A program made the position numbers and the translations under genes. The notes beneath the pieces are model-generated. The model was not told where the DNA came from, made no database searches, and saw only the letters and a program-made list of their open reading frames with translations. A stretch of DNA of 64,000 nt from a virus: the UHGV virus genome UHGV-1353888. The stretch is one strand, 5' to 3'. Each line of letters begins with the position of its first letter. The first letter of the stretch is position 1. This document shows positions 47,824 to 56,830 of this stretch, piece after piece.

Positions 47824-48318
47824 TCATGATACTAAATGGAATAAGGTTTTTGTATGTTTGGCCACGGGGAAAGCATTTGCTTCATCATGCACGGGTTCGA
47901 GTACACCTACTTCATTTACAGTCAGGTCCCTCACTTCCCAAAGGAAGCCATCTCTACCCACGTAAACAAAACGATAACGAATATCCTTATAGTCTGGTGG
48001 CTTAGGTACAGAGTTGGATTCCGGAGAATAGGTATCGTATGCAAAGATTCCTTTATTGGAATTAATGACATCATTCAAGGTCTTGTTAAAATCCCAGGAA
48101 GGTTTCTGTGTGCGGTATTCAATATTCCCTTGAAGGATAGACCAATAGATATACCCTGTGAAAGTGTCATGTGGTTTCCCAGCTATGACTTTAATTACAT
48201 TCTTTTCCATATCATACTGATATACTACGCTGGGGTCGCCAGTGATATGGAAGGGACCCAGGCTTGCATAAAGCAATTGAAGGGCACGAGCTATTTTCTT
48301 AGGGTCTTCTCTAGACAT
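47824..48318 (-). CDS. hypothetical protein (164 aa)
   Basis: ATG ORF. Confidence 0.5.
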   Translation of the reverse strand: MSREDPKKIARALQLLYASLGPFHITGDPSVVYQYDMEKNVIKVIAGKPHDTFTGYIYWSILQGNIEYRTQKPSWDFNKTLNDVINSNKGIFAYDTYSPESNSVPKPPDYKDIRYRFVYVGRDGFLWEVRDLTVNEVGVLEPVHDEANAFPVAKHTKTLFHLVS

Positions 48319-48829
48319 TGTGGCTGGAATAAATTTGAGTTGAAGCGGGCGAAGCGTTCGTATCGTCCTCCATCAGTTTGATTTTATTTACTAGAGCGGT
48401 GAGGTCACGTCGTACATTTCGGAATTCCTGGCTGATATTAATCGTGTCACTCTCCATATCGAGATACATGGCGTGAACCATGCGAATAATAATCAGGTCC
48501 TCCGCTCGCTTGTCAATAGAAGGGGAAGCCATTGAGCGGAGGAACCGAGCCATGTTCATCATGAACTTTGAATTGCTCTTGATTCCCTGCCAGTGGTTCA
48601 TGAAATCGTTCAGGTAGAATAGGGCCTTGCTCACATCTTCCCTACGCTTACGTTGTCCACCCTTGAGTCCACTCCGCCAGAGATACTTGATGCAGTTGCC
48701 CATATCAAAGGGAAGGTAACGGGTAAGCTCAATACATTCCATGCCCGAGGGGTGGGAAGTGTAGTGGCTGGGATGGTTAACGATAGACTGGTTGTCAAGG
48801 ATAGATTCGATTACGTCTTTTTGATTCAT
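48311..48829 (-). CDS. conserved phage protein, DUF3310-like by motif recall
   Basis: HPSHY...GMECIE...IKYLWRSGLKGG...EDVSKALFYL pattern. Confidence 0.45.
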   Translation of the reverse strand: MNQKDVIESILDNQSIVNHPSHYTSHPSGMECIELTRYLPFDMGNCIKYLWRSGLKGGQRKRREDVSKALFYLNDFMNHWQGIKSNSKFMMNMARFLRSMASPSIDKRAEDLIIIRMVHAMYLDMESDTINISQEFRNVRRDLTALVNKIKLMEDDTNASPASTQIYSSHNV

Positions 48830-48860
48830 GTATTATTGTTTGGTTGAGTAGGGGAAAGTA

Positions 48861-49022
48861 TTAGTCGTGAATTCCGAGGGCTTCTCCGATTAGGCAGGAG
48901 CAGGTCCCCATGAATAAAAGGAGACAGAAGGCCGTCTGATTATAGGGGAGGTCTCCCGAACGGGCATCCATTAATGTTAGGGATACGCCCGTTAAGAGAA
49001 GGATATGCAGGGTTTTAGCCAT
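48861..49022 (-). CDS. small membrane protein (53 aa from the ATG at 49022)
   Basis: Hydrophobic LHILLLTGVSLTL...CLLLFMGTCSCLIG. The track's longer ORF overlaps the upstream gene. Confidence 0.35.
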   Translation of the reverse strand: MAKTLHILLLTGVSLTLMDARSGDLPYNQTAFCLLLFMGTCSCLIGEALGIHD

Positions 49023-49323
49023 TAACGTAGTTGTCAATATCTTCCTGGATAGCCCAGGCTTCCTCATAATAACGGATTTGAATATTGCAAAGCTTCTTGA
49101 ACGCGAAGAACGTTAAGACCAAATAGAGCGCATAGGCCGAGACGAACGTTACGTAAGAGATGAAGTTCTTAGGGGTCATAACGAGTATAAGAAACACTAC
49201 GATGAAGATGGTAACATCCAGGAGAGCCAGCATGGACATCCAGTCTCCAATTTTACGTGCTCTCATTTCGTGTTGTTCCTTGAGCTTTACTTTGTTGTCA
49301 ATGATTGATTGGTTGGTTGTCAT
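49015..49323 (-). CDS. two-TM membrane protein (102 aa)
   Basis: WMSMLALLDVTIFIVVFLILV and VTFVSAYALYLVLTFFAF. Confidence 0.5.
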   Translation of the reverse strand: MTTNQSIIDNKVKLKEQHEMRARKIGDWMSMLALLDVTIFIVVFLILVMTPKNFISYVTFVSAYALYLVLTFFAFKKLCNIQIRYYEEAWAIQEDIDNYVNG

Positions 49324-49378
49324 TTCGAGGTAACTTTATCAGATGGATTTAATATTGCAAGACTTTTCTTTGTCAATT

Positions 49379-49636
49379 TTATAACTTACTAAGATTTAAT
49401 TGGAAGGATAATATTCCCAGGCGAGGGAGAAATAGTCTCACCCCATTGCACCTATCTAAAATAGGATTGAGCAGATGAATCTTTGTGAGGGCCTTATTAA
49501 TTGAAAGGGTTGTTATTGACCACCCTATTCTATACATGGCTTCATCAATTTTTTCAATGTGGTCTGGCTGAGGGAATCCTATTCCCGTTAATGAGTTGGT
49601 AATCTTTTTTGTTGCTTTCTCTTTATCGGTATTCAT
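49379..49636 (-). CDS. hypothetical protein (85 aa)
   Basis: ATG ORF. Confidence 0.4.
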   Translation of the reverse strand: MNTDKEKATKKITNSLTGIGFPQPDHIEKIDEAMYRIGWSITTLSINKALTKIHLLNPILDRCNGVRLFLPRLGILSFQLNLSKL

Positions 49637-49659
49637 AGAACCTCTATTCTACCACAGTT

Positions 49660-50019
49660 CTAATCATCATTCAATTCTTTTGTTATGATGTCAATGCTTG
49701 TTTTGCAGTCAGACAATAATACTTTCTTTTCATCAGCCATTTCCTTGGGAACCTGCGTACCCCGGACCTTGGCTTCGAGACTAGTAACCCTGTCGAGTAT
49801 GGAACGAAGGGATTTGATTGCCGCAGGAGTGTCCAGGTTGGCCTTCCACATTTGCTCAGTCTCTGCTATCTTAATGACATAGATGAACAGGTCAGACCGG
49901 AGGGTGTAGAAATACCGGGCTTGGTTGGCTTGGGATATTACTTCTTCAAGATGGTCCGCATGAAGGGGGCCAGAAAGAAGAATGGCTATAGCTGATATTA
50001 GTGGGGTTGGTTTCTTCAT
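49660..50019 (-). CDS. secreted/periplasmic protein (119 aa) with N-terminal signal peptide
   Basis: MKKPTPLISAIAILLSGPLHA. ATGA overlap with the upstream gene. Confidence 0.5.
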   Translation of the reverse strand: MKKPTPLISAIAILLSGPLHADHLEEVISQANQARYFYTLRSDLFIYVIKIAETEQMWKANLDTPAAIKSLRSILDRVTSLEAKVRGTQVPKEMADEKKVLLSDCKTSIDIITKELNDD

Positions 50020-50468
50020 TTTCGGTGTGCTTGTAAAATGGCTAGTTCGTGGGATTCAAAGTATGAGGTATTTACGTGGGAACATATTTCTCCATCAGTG
50101 ATTTCAGTCCATGCCAACTCATAACCGCGGGCCTTGTCGAGAGCTTCTTCCATTGCTTCTTTGTCTTCCCCAAACTCACTGGGTTTATCTATGTATTCCT
50201 TTGAGTTTCGTATTATCTCAATGGCAGTCCATAAGGAATCAGTGATGGTAAAGTAACGAAGTTCCTGGTCGAAATCCATCTTTCCAAATCCGCTATAGAG
50301 AGCAACTACGTAGTTTCCTGGAAGTCCCGCGGCTCTGGTCAACAGGAAAGTAATCTTCGGTTCGCCTGGAATGGGGGCCTCTTCTACTTCCTGCTCCAGG
50401 CTGGGCTTAAACTGAATGTCTAGTTCAATCATCTTTGAGCAGTGGGGACACGGTATTTGATTTGTCAT
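50016..50468 (-). CDS. paralogue-family member with an N-terminal CPHC zinc-ribbon extension
   Basis: KITFLLTR...NYVVALY...FTITDSLWTAIEIIRN aligns to the family core. Confidence 0.5.
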   Translation of the reverse strand: MTNQIPCPHCSKMIELDIQFKPSLEQEVEEAPIPGEPKITFLLTRAAGLPGNYVVALYSGFGKMDFDQELRYFTITDSLWTAIEIIRNSKEYIDKPSEFGEDKEAMEEALDKARGYELAWTEITDGEICSHVNTSYFESHELAILQAHRK

Positions 50469-50827
50469 TGTGCTTCCTCCTTTTGTTTGAGTTCTTCCAG
50501 GAGAACCTCCTCATTGCCCACCTGTATATTTTGAGTGTTCAGGTTGATAATCTTCCTATGCCCATCACCTGTGTAATTTAGTTCAGCCAGATAGATGTCA
50601 TGTTCGAATAATTGCCATGCTCTTTTCCTCTTTTCATAGGTTCCAAAGATGTCACTAGGCCAGTTGCCTACATTCTCTCGGTCTTCAACAAGAGAGATAG
50701 CTTCCTCCAATGTATTCACAACCGTCAGGTATTCTAGTTTAATAATGCGGCCTACCTCTTTGTAGATGACTACACGGAAATAATTACCTGGGGTACGATA
50801 GATTGAAAATGTAAGTTGTGGGTTCAT
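50465..50827 (-). CDS. paralogue-family protein 1 (120 aa)
   Basis: LTFSIYRT..NYFRVVIYKE...VNTLEEAISLVEDR. ATGA coupling on both sides. Confidence 0.6.
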   Translation of the reverse strand: MNPQLTFSIYRTPGNYFRVVIYKEVGRIIKLEYLTVVNTLEEAISLVEDRENVGNWPSDIFGTYEKRKRAWQLFEHDIYLAELNYTGDGHRKIINLNTQNIQVGNEEVLLEELKQKEEAQ

Positions 50828-51183
50828 TTCTTGCTCAGTTCTCTCTTTTTGAATTCCATGAGAAGGTCAAACTCTTTTTCATCCATAAGGTTTACGGCGA
50901 TGTTATAGACTACTCCCCGGCCAGCGTAGATGCAAGCTTCCATGAGAAGTGCCGCGTCATCATTAGGTACATTCTTAAAGAAAATCCATCTGTCTTCATC
51001 ATCATCAAACCCATCGTCTGGTCGTTTCTTGTAGTTATTCCTGTCTTCCGCTACCTGGATAGCTTCCTCCAGTGTATCAACTACTTCAATATGTTTAGTA
51101 AGGAAAACCAGGGTGTCTTCTTTGAAAATACTTACCCTGAACTTGTTCTTTTTGGTTCGGTGAATTGAAAAAGTTAATATCAT
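50824..51183 (-). CDS. paralogue-family protein 2 (119 aa)
   Basis: LTFSIHRT..NKFRVSIFKED...HIEVVDTLEEAIQVAEDR...DGFDDDEDR. Confidence 0.6.
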   Translation of the reverse strand: MILTFSIHRTKKNKFRVSIFKEDTLVFLTKHIEVVDTLEEAIQVAEDRNNYKKRPDDGFDDDEDRWIFFKNVPNDDAALLMEACIYAGRGVVYNIAVNLMDEKEFDLLMEFKKRELSKK

Positions 51184-51536
51184 TTATTCTCTCCTTCCAT
51201 TTCGGCTTGACATTTCATAAGTAGGGAAAGCTCTTTCCGGTTTACATGGCTCTCGTATAGAGCGTATTGTATTTCTTTGTTGTGGTCTACATAGCATTCC
51301 AAGAGAGCACGGTCATACTCAGTGCGTCTCCAGAATTCACGTCTATCTTCATCCGTTTCAAAGCCGTCACTCAGTCGGTTCTTATAATGCTTCCTGTCCT
51401 TGGCCAAGGCGATAGCTTCCTCTAGCGTATCAACCACCTCAATGTGTTTGATGGCGAACGAGAGAGCGTCTTCTTTGAAAACAATGACCTTGAATTTATT
51501 ATCGTTGGTCCTATAGATTGTAAAAGTTAATTTCAT
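51180..51536 (-). CDS. paralogue-family protein 3 (118 aa)
   Basis: LTFTIYRT..NKFKVIVFKED...HIEVVDTLEEAIALAKDR...DGFETDEDR. Confidence 0.6.
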   Translation of the reverse strand: MKLTFTIYRTNDNKFKVIVFKEDALSFAIKHIEVVDTLEEAIALAKDRKHYKNRLSDGFETDEDRREFWRRTEYDRALLECYVDHNKEIQYALYESHVNRKELSLLMKCQAEMEGENK

Positions 51537-51868
51537 TTGTCTAGTAGGGTTTTAAGGAGGGAGTATTCATTAGAGTCAAGAAGGTAGTCACCGTAGATTT
51601 TATATTCTAAATCCCCTTCGTCATTAATCCAGGTTACTATTAGGGGTGGGTCTGTATTTGTCATCCAGAAACTATTTCGAGCAGGGTCCGTTTTGAATTT
51701 ATCATCAGGTTTCTTCTCCAAGCTATCCCATTCTTTCACCAGTTGAACAGCCTGTTTCAAGGTATCAAATTCATCAATGTATAGGGGGTAGGACTGATAC
51801 CTGTCTTCTTCGAAAATAATTACTCGGAAGTTGCCTTCATCAGTTCGTAATATATCGTAGGTTTTCAT
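51533..51868 (-). CDS. paralogue-family protein 4 (111 aa)
   Basis: YDILRT..GNFRVIIFEED...FDTLKQAVQLVKE. Confidence 0.55.
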   Translation of the reverse strand: MKTYDILRTDEGNFRVIIFEEDRYQSYPLYIDEFDTLKQAVQLVKEWDSLEKKPDDKFKTDPARNSFWMTNTDPPLIVTWINDEGDLEYKIYGDYLLDSNEYSLLKTLLDK

Positions 51869-52215
51869 TGGGGTAATTCTTTCTCTATAAATTCAATAAG
51901 CTTGGTAAGTTCGTCAGGGTCTACTCTAGACTGATACAGGTTACATGCAATTTGGTTGTCCGTATTCACATAAAATTCCAGAAGCTCCACATCTCTGAGT
52001 AAACTTCTCCATATGTCTTCCCTTTCATCATCAGATTCATAGCCATCATCCAGCAGGTCCCGATAATCTTCCCTGTGTCTGGCTATCCATAATGCTTCAT
52101 CCAAGGTATAGGTTGTTGCCATGTGCTTGACATAGAAGTTCCTACTATCTTCTTTGAAAATAAAAACCCGGAACCTATTGTTAGGGGTTCTATAAAGGGT
52201 GAATGTAATTTTCAT
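51865..52215 (-). CDS. paralogue-family protein 5 (116 aa)
   Basis: ITFTLYRT..NRFRVFIFKED...YTLDEALWIARHRE...DGYESDDER. Confidence 0.6.
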   Translation of the reverse strand: MKITFTLYRTPNNRFRVFIFKEDSRNFYVKHMATTYTLDEALWIARHREDYRDLLDDGYESDDEREDIWRSLLRDVELLEFYVNTDNQIACNLYQSRVDPDELTKLIEFIEKELPQ

Positions 52216-52550
52216 TTTAAAAAGGCATCTGCAATTTGTTTTCTTTGAGTGAGCTTAACCTCCCGAATAGTGAAGCCAAGTCTTTCCTTAAACGTATATA
52301 CCGTGGAATAGGCCATCTTGTTTTTGCAGGGATAATAAGTAAGAAGCGTTCCCATTCTTGAGACATTATCAAAGCCGTCACTCGGCCACTCCTTGTAAGT
52401 ATCCCTACCCTTAATGAGCGAGATGGCCTCCTCGAACGAATCCATATACTGGACGAGATGGACACAGTTTCGATGGGTAGCCGTCTCTTCGAACAAGAAA
52501 ATACTATAGTACGAATCGTCCATTTCGTACAGTTCAAACGTTATGTGCAT
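52212..52550 (-). CDS. paralogue-family protein 6 (112 aa), most divergent
   Basis: ITFELYEMDDSYYSIFLFEE...MDSFEEAISLIKGR...DGFD. Confidence 0.55.
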   Translation of the reverse strand: MHITFELYEMDDSYYSIFLFEETATHRNCVHLVQYMDSFEEAISLIKGRDTYKEWPSDGFDNVSRMGTLLTYYPCKNKMAYSTVYTFKERLGFTIREVKLTQRKQIADAFLK

Positions 52551-52554
52551 TAGA

Positions 52555-52859
52555 TTAAAGAAGGGGTTTAAGGGATTTATAAATACTGGAATTAACCGCG
52601 GCGGGATAAATATGTTTGACTATTTTGGTAAATCCCATTGCTGGTTTAACGCTAGTCTGAACAAGAAACTTTGTACTTCTCCTGGAGTATAACCTCTGCA
52701 CATTAGCAGGATAGATTACATCGGGGAGGGTAGTGTTTACGTCAAAGGTAGAGTATAGATTCTTAATGTACGTAATGGCCTCTTCGAGCGAATAGGTCTA
52801 TAGCCATCCTTAGCCGTCAAGAGCAAATCGTAGGTTAAGTATTTTTCTTCTTCGTTCAT
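52555..52859 (-). pseudogene. frameshifted, N-terminally truncated remnant of the paralogue family
   Basis: ATG at 52859 gives MNEEEKYLTYDLLLTAKDGY then a stop. The adjacent frame reads SLEEAITYIKN...KFLVQTS through to the TAA at 52555. Confidence 0.4.
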
Positions 52860-52906
52860 ATGTCTTACTATAGTATGTGATTTTTAAATGTCGAGATTAT
52901 TTTTTG

Positions 52907-53704
52907 TCATTCTCTTTCAAGAAACTTAATCTCGTCGTATTTTGATTTGACTTTTTCAAGGAAGGATTTGAGCATAGTTCTTTCTAATTTGGTAGCCGTC
53001 CTTGGGAGCCTAAAGTGATTCAGGGTTTGTCCTGTATGTCCTTTCTTTCCAGAGTTCTCATTAACAAGAGATACCATAACAGGAATACGGGAGGTGTTGC
53101 TTACCCTGAAATAGGTGTGTTGGTCAGGTGTCCCGTTAATATCTACAAAATTTATATCCTCAATCCTTTTCATAACTTCCTCCAATGTTTTGAAGATACT
53201 ACTCTCGATAGCTTGGGAAGATGTGGTCGTTTCCCTGTAGAAAGTGAGAGCATACTTGTCTTCTAGCTGTAGATAATGCACGGAGAAGGTTACATGGATT
53301 CCATTATCCTTACGGTTTTCCCTCTCAATAAAAGCCTTGGTTTCATCATATAGTTCGGTTACTTTCAGCCATTCGTCAAGAGAAGGAGGGCCCTCCTGGT
53401 ATTCACCTATGAATACTTCGAGTTGTCCTATGTCGCTAAGACAAAGCTCAACCAGAACATGAAGATTCTTAAAACGAAGGAATTCTTTGGTGGCTTCTAT
53501 CTCGCTTCCATATGTACAAAAAGTAATGAGGTTCCTGCTCTTGCAAAACTTAATGACATAATCCAGTTTCTTATGGCTTATAATCCCCAAAACTTTGAAG
53601 GAATACATGGCGGAAGAAGTCGTCTCTTCGGTTGCTACCCCCACATACTTTTTTGATTGGGGGTGATAGTACAGGCCAAAGGTAATGTGTTTCAAGTTCT
53701 TCAT
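52907..53704 (-). CDS. protein with two tandem copies of the paralogue-family domain (265 aa from the ATG at 53704)
   Basis: HITFGLYYHPQSKKYVGVATEE and HVTFSVHYLQLEDKYALTFYRE...FKTLEEVMKRIED. The track start 53818 overlaps the upstream gene by 109 nt. Confidence 0.5.
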   Translation of the reverse strand: MKNLKHITFGLYYHPQSKKYVGVATEETTSSAMYSFKVLGIISHKKLDYVIKFCKSRNLITFCTYGSEIEATKEFLRFKNLHVLVELCLSDIGQLEVFIGEYQEGPPSLDEWLKVTELYDETKAFIERENRKDNGIHVTFSVHYLQLEDKYALTFYRETTTSSQAIESSIFKTLEEVMKRIEDINFVDINGTPDQHTYFRVSNTSRIPVMVSLVNENSGKKGHTGQTLNHFRLPRTATKLERTMLKSFLEKVKSKYDEIKFLERE

Positions 53705-53709
53705 TTTAA

Positions 53710-54291
53710 TTATAGGGGCATTCTTGAAACGATGGTGAGTTCCTTGGAAAGAATAACGGAGGCCCATGAGAGGCGCATATACTTTGCAAGTTCCGTCAGG
53801 AGGTTGAGGCTCAAACAAGCGGTATTTCCAAGCCGTCTTTCGGGCTCTACTCCGTTCTTGTCCAGACTGATACTAAGGTGAAGAGCAAGGAAAGCCAGGG
53901 CCAGCTTTGGAAGATTCTCACATTCCTTTAGAAGGCTTGCCACCTGCTTTTTGTCCAACGTTGAATAAGAACTCCTGTTCTCCATGTCAATACCATGGCC
54001 GTGAATCTTGGCAAGGTTTTTATTGTAGCAATGCAAGGCGCGGGTGAATGAAGAGTTGAATACATGGTTCAAGTCCTTCCGGTGTTCACTACAGAACTCA
54101 ATGGGGTTCTCAACCCGGCACAAAGTAATAGCATCCTGAATCAGAAATGCCTTAGAAGTTGCGGGAACCATAAGGCCAAACAATACATTTTCAGGCGTTG
54201 TTTTTTCAGTATAGGCCCGTTCAATAAGAGCCTTGCTGGTTCCTTCTTCGGTAAAGGTGAATTCGTTTTCGGAAATATTATCGTTCATCAT
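53710..54291 (-). CDS. hypothetical protein (193 aa)
   Basis: ATG-ATG start, no motif recognised. Confidence 0.5.
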   Translation of the reverse strand: MMNDNISENEFTFTEEGTSKALIERAYTEKTTPENVLFGLMVPATSKAFLIQDAITLCRVENPIEFCSEHRKDLNHVFNSSFTRALHCYNKNLAKIHGHGIDMENRSSYSTLDKKQVASLLKECENLPKLALAFLALHLSISLDKNGVEPERRLGNTACLSLNLLTELAKYMRLSWASVILSKELTIVSRMPL

Positions 54292-54450
54292 TTTTGTATA
54301 GGTTATTAAGTAGGTTAATGTTGCTTTTAGGATTCTGTAGTTGCAGGATGGATTTTCTAAAAAATAGAATGAGGGCTAGGCTAGCTGGAATCAATACCGC
54401 CAGAATGGACATGAATGCTATTAACAGTAGAACCAAGAAAAGAATCTTCA

Positions 54451-55029
54451 TCATAGAGTTATCTTGCTTGTGTCAAGTTTGTTCTTCAAATAATCCAGTT
54501 CACGGGGGGTTAACTTGTTAAATTGGAACACCTTAATTCTTTGTTCGTCAAGCATAAGAGGCTCTTTATCATTAACAATAAGCCTTCTCTCCTTGTTGAG
54601 GGGTTTCCGGGTTATGGTGTTGATTTGTGAAAGAGTCCGCATAGCCACCCCGAAAGATTGCGCTTGAAAATGCCTGATTATTTTGTAAGTTGTACTATTA
54701 TAAATCTGGACATACAATTTAGAGTCAGGCAAGCGGTGAATGCTGAAACTCTTTTCCGGAGACATAGGCGTAATTTGGTAGTCAATAATTAGGGAATCCC
54801 CTTCACGGACTACAAAGCCGTCAGTCAAATTCTCCAGCATTAAGTGCGCCATGGAGATAATGCAAGGTACTGGATTGGCAAACCACACTTTCATTTTGTA
54901 ATGGCAATTATATTCAGTCTTCATCTGCGTGCAACTAGGACCATATACCCTCACATCCTTACTACTGAAATAACAGAGGGTTAGAAGTTGAGACTGCCAT
55001 GCACGAAGGCAGTTCATTTTATTTGTCAT
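54451..55029 (-). CDS. protein with an N-terminal Cys/His-rich extension and a C-terminal paralogue-family domain
   Basis: KSFSIHRLPDSKLYVQIYNS matches LTFSIHRTKKNKFRVSIFKE. Confidence 0.5.
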   Translation of the reverse strand: MTNKMNCLRAWQSQLLTLCYFSSKDVRVYGPSCTQMKTEYNCHYKMKVWFANPVPCIISMAHLMLENLTDGFVVREGDSLIIDYQITPMSPEKSFSIHRLPDSKLYVQIYNSTTYKIIRHFQAQSFGVAMRTLSQINTITRKPLNKERRLIVNDKEPLMLDEQRIKVFQFNKLTPRELDYLKNKLDTSKITL

Positions 55030-55312
55030 AATTTTTATTGAGTAGGCTATAAAGTTCTGTCCAGGTTTTTACTTCGTTGATAAGTTCCTTTTTGAAGAAG
55101 GCAACCCTTGCATAGGTTGGAGTGGCGATTAAGACCGCCATGCGGTGAGGTGAATGAAAAAGCCGTCTCTGAAATGTGGGGAAGAGTTCTTCCCTGTTAA
55201 TGTGATAAAGCTCCACATAGACCACGGGAAAGGCATTGGAGATTTGTTTTTCTCTGCTCTCCTTCTTCCGGAACCCTATGCTTTCAAGCTCTAAAATGTA
55301 GCCGTCAATCAT
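55019..55312 (-). CDS. hypothetical protein (97 aa)
   Basis: ATG ORF. Confidence 0.45.
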   Translation of the reverse strand: MIDGYILELESIGFRKKESREKQISNAFPVVYVELYHINREELFPTFQRRLFHSPHRMAVLIATPTYARVAFFKKELINEVKTWTELYSLLNKNYDK

Positions 55313-55986
55313 TTTGCAAAGAAGTTAGACGTTGACCGGATATAGGGGCGGGTATAGTGCAGTCTCATGCTAGGGTAAACTTCCTTTTCCAATACGTCTT
55401 CCAACTCATAAGAGCTTTTCAAAACTTTCTGAATAAGGACTTTGGCTTTTTCTACCGCTTTAGAATGGTTCTTGAAAGCTTCTTCAATCTTGACAAGCTC
55501 ACTATTCACGAAGTTTATGCACTTGTCCAGTTCCGTTTTAAAGTTAGGGTTAAGCCGTCCATTTTGAGAAGTGGTAATACCCTCCAGAACATACCGTTCA
55601 TAACGGGAACTCCATGTGTCTTCCCCGTAAATATCCTTAACTCCGGTAGGGAGCATGACGCGCAGGGAAATAGCGGGGAAGAAGGTGCGTGAAGAATAGT
55701 TGTCTACGCTTCCCGGAGCAAGGACGCTTGCCCCTCTAACATAATCATCTCCTCGGAAGTGCCTATTGAGAATATGACTAACATTACTCCAATCCTTTTC
55801 CCTCATAACCTTAAATTCGCCTGACTTTGTTTTAAAATCTGGACTGTCAAAAACGACTTTGAGATATTCAAGTGCATCCTTAAGCCGTTCATAGAAATAT
55901 TGAAGTCCTTTCAAGTCACGCATGGCATTATCATCTTCTTCAACGAATTTCCGAATAAAGTAGTTCATCATATCATTATTATTCAT
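55309..55986 (-). CDS. hypothetical protein (225 aa)
   Basis: ATG ORF with the conserved leader ATAGAAAGACAAAAAGAAATG. Confidence 0.5.
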   Translation of the reverse strand: MNNNDMMNYFIRKFVEEDDNAMRDLKGLQYFYERLKDALEYLKVVFDSPDFKTKSGEFKVMREKDWSNVSHILNRHFRGDDYVRGASVLAPGSVDNYSSRTFFPAISLRVMLPTGVKDIYGEDTWSSRYERYVLEGITTSQNGRLNPNFKTELDKCINFVNSELVKIEEAFKNHSKAVEKAKVLIQKVLKSSYELEDVLEKEVYPSMRLHYTRPYIRSTSNFFAK

Positions 55987-56018
55987 TTCTTTTTGTCTTT
56001 CTATTTTTGTTTGTAGTT

Positions 56019-56711
56019 TTAGAGATTGTAGAATTTAATATATTCTTCCCTGCTTTTAAATGTCCTCACCTTCCCCCCGTGACCGTTGTATACGATTGTT
56101 TCAATTCCTTCGCCATTCGAACGGTTGTCATAAACATGAATAGTAGAGCCGTCTTTTAAAGTAAAAGCCGTAGCAATTCCCTTATACTTAGGGTTTTTAC
56201 GGGAGACTACACTGCGTGCGAGGTTGTAATTAGTATACACACGCCCCATTTTTTGAGGCCACGGGTATGGGGTGCTATCCAGGCTCATAAACACAAGGTC
56301 CATGCCGTTAGGATAGGAAAAGAAGTCCCATTTTTCCGGAGCTAGTTCGGCATCCCATTTGACTAGGTGAGTTAGCGAAAATTGGAACTGTGCATAGAAC
56401 GGAACCAAATCCTCAAAGGCGAAAAGGAAACGTGCTCCCTGCTCAATAGCGTACTTAACCATTTTTTTACCAAATCCTTTCCCCCGGAATAGGTGAGAGA
56501 CTATGAGGGAAACAAGTTCCCCCTCCGCGGTTATCGAAAATACTCCGACGATGGAGCCGTCATTTACTAGCCTGAAACACTTGCATCCATTATCCCTGTA
56601 CCAGTCACCGGGGTAAACGTCAACATGTGCTTTCTCCATGTCTGACAGATAATGGCGCAGTTCCCCTGCAAGGCTCTCCATTGCATAAGGATTTATCTTT
56701 TCAATATACAT
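56019..56711 (-). CDS. GNAT-family N-acetyltransferase domain fused to a ~120-aa C-terminal domain of unknown function
   Basis: GNAT motif A VGVFSITAEGELVSLIVSHLFRGKGFGKKMVKYA. Conserved leader AAATAGAAAGACAAAAGAAAATG. Confidence 0.6.
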   Translation of the reverse strand: MYIEKINPYAMESLAGELRHYLSDMEKAHVDVYPGDWYRDNGCKCFRLVNDGSIVGVFSITAEGELVSLIVSHLFRGKGFGKKMVKYAIEQGARFLFAFEDLVPFYAQFQFSLTHLVKWDAELAPEKWDFFSYPNGMDLVFMSLDSTPYPWPQKMGRVYTNYNLARSVVSRKNPKYKGIATAFTLKDGSTIHVYDNRSNGEGIETIVYNGHGGKVRTFKSREEYIKFYNL

Positions 56712-56774
56712 TTTCTTTTGTCTTTCTATTTGTTGTGCCGGACGTTTTGGCCTCCGGCTCGCCTTACATGAACA

Positions 56775-56830
56775 GTTATACCATAGGAGCGGGGAAAAAC
56801 AAGACTAATCTTTTTTGTCTTGTGTCATAC
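56775..56830 (-). promoter_or_regulatory. promoter: box 56819-56830, -35 TTGTTT (56797-56802), 16-nt spacer, -10 TATAAC (56775-56780)
   Basis: Minus-strand reading: GTATGACACAAG n16 TTGTTT n16 TATAAC. The leader carries a GCCGGAGGCC...GGCACAAC hairpin. Confidence 0.45.
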
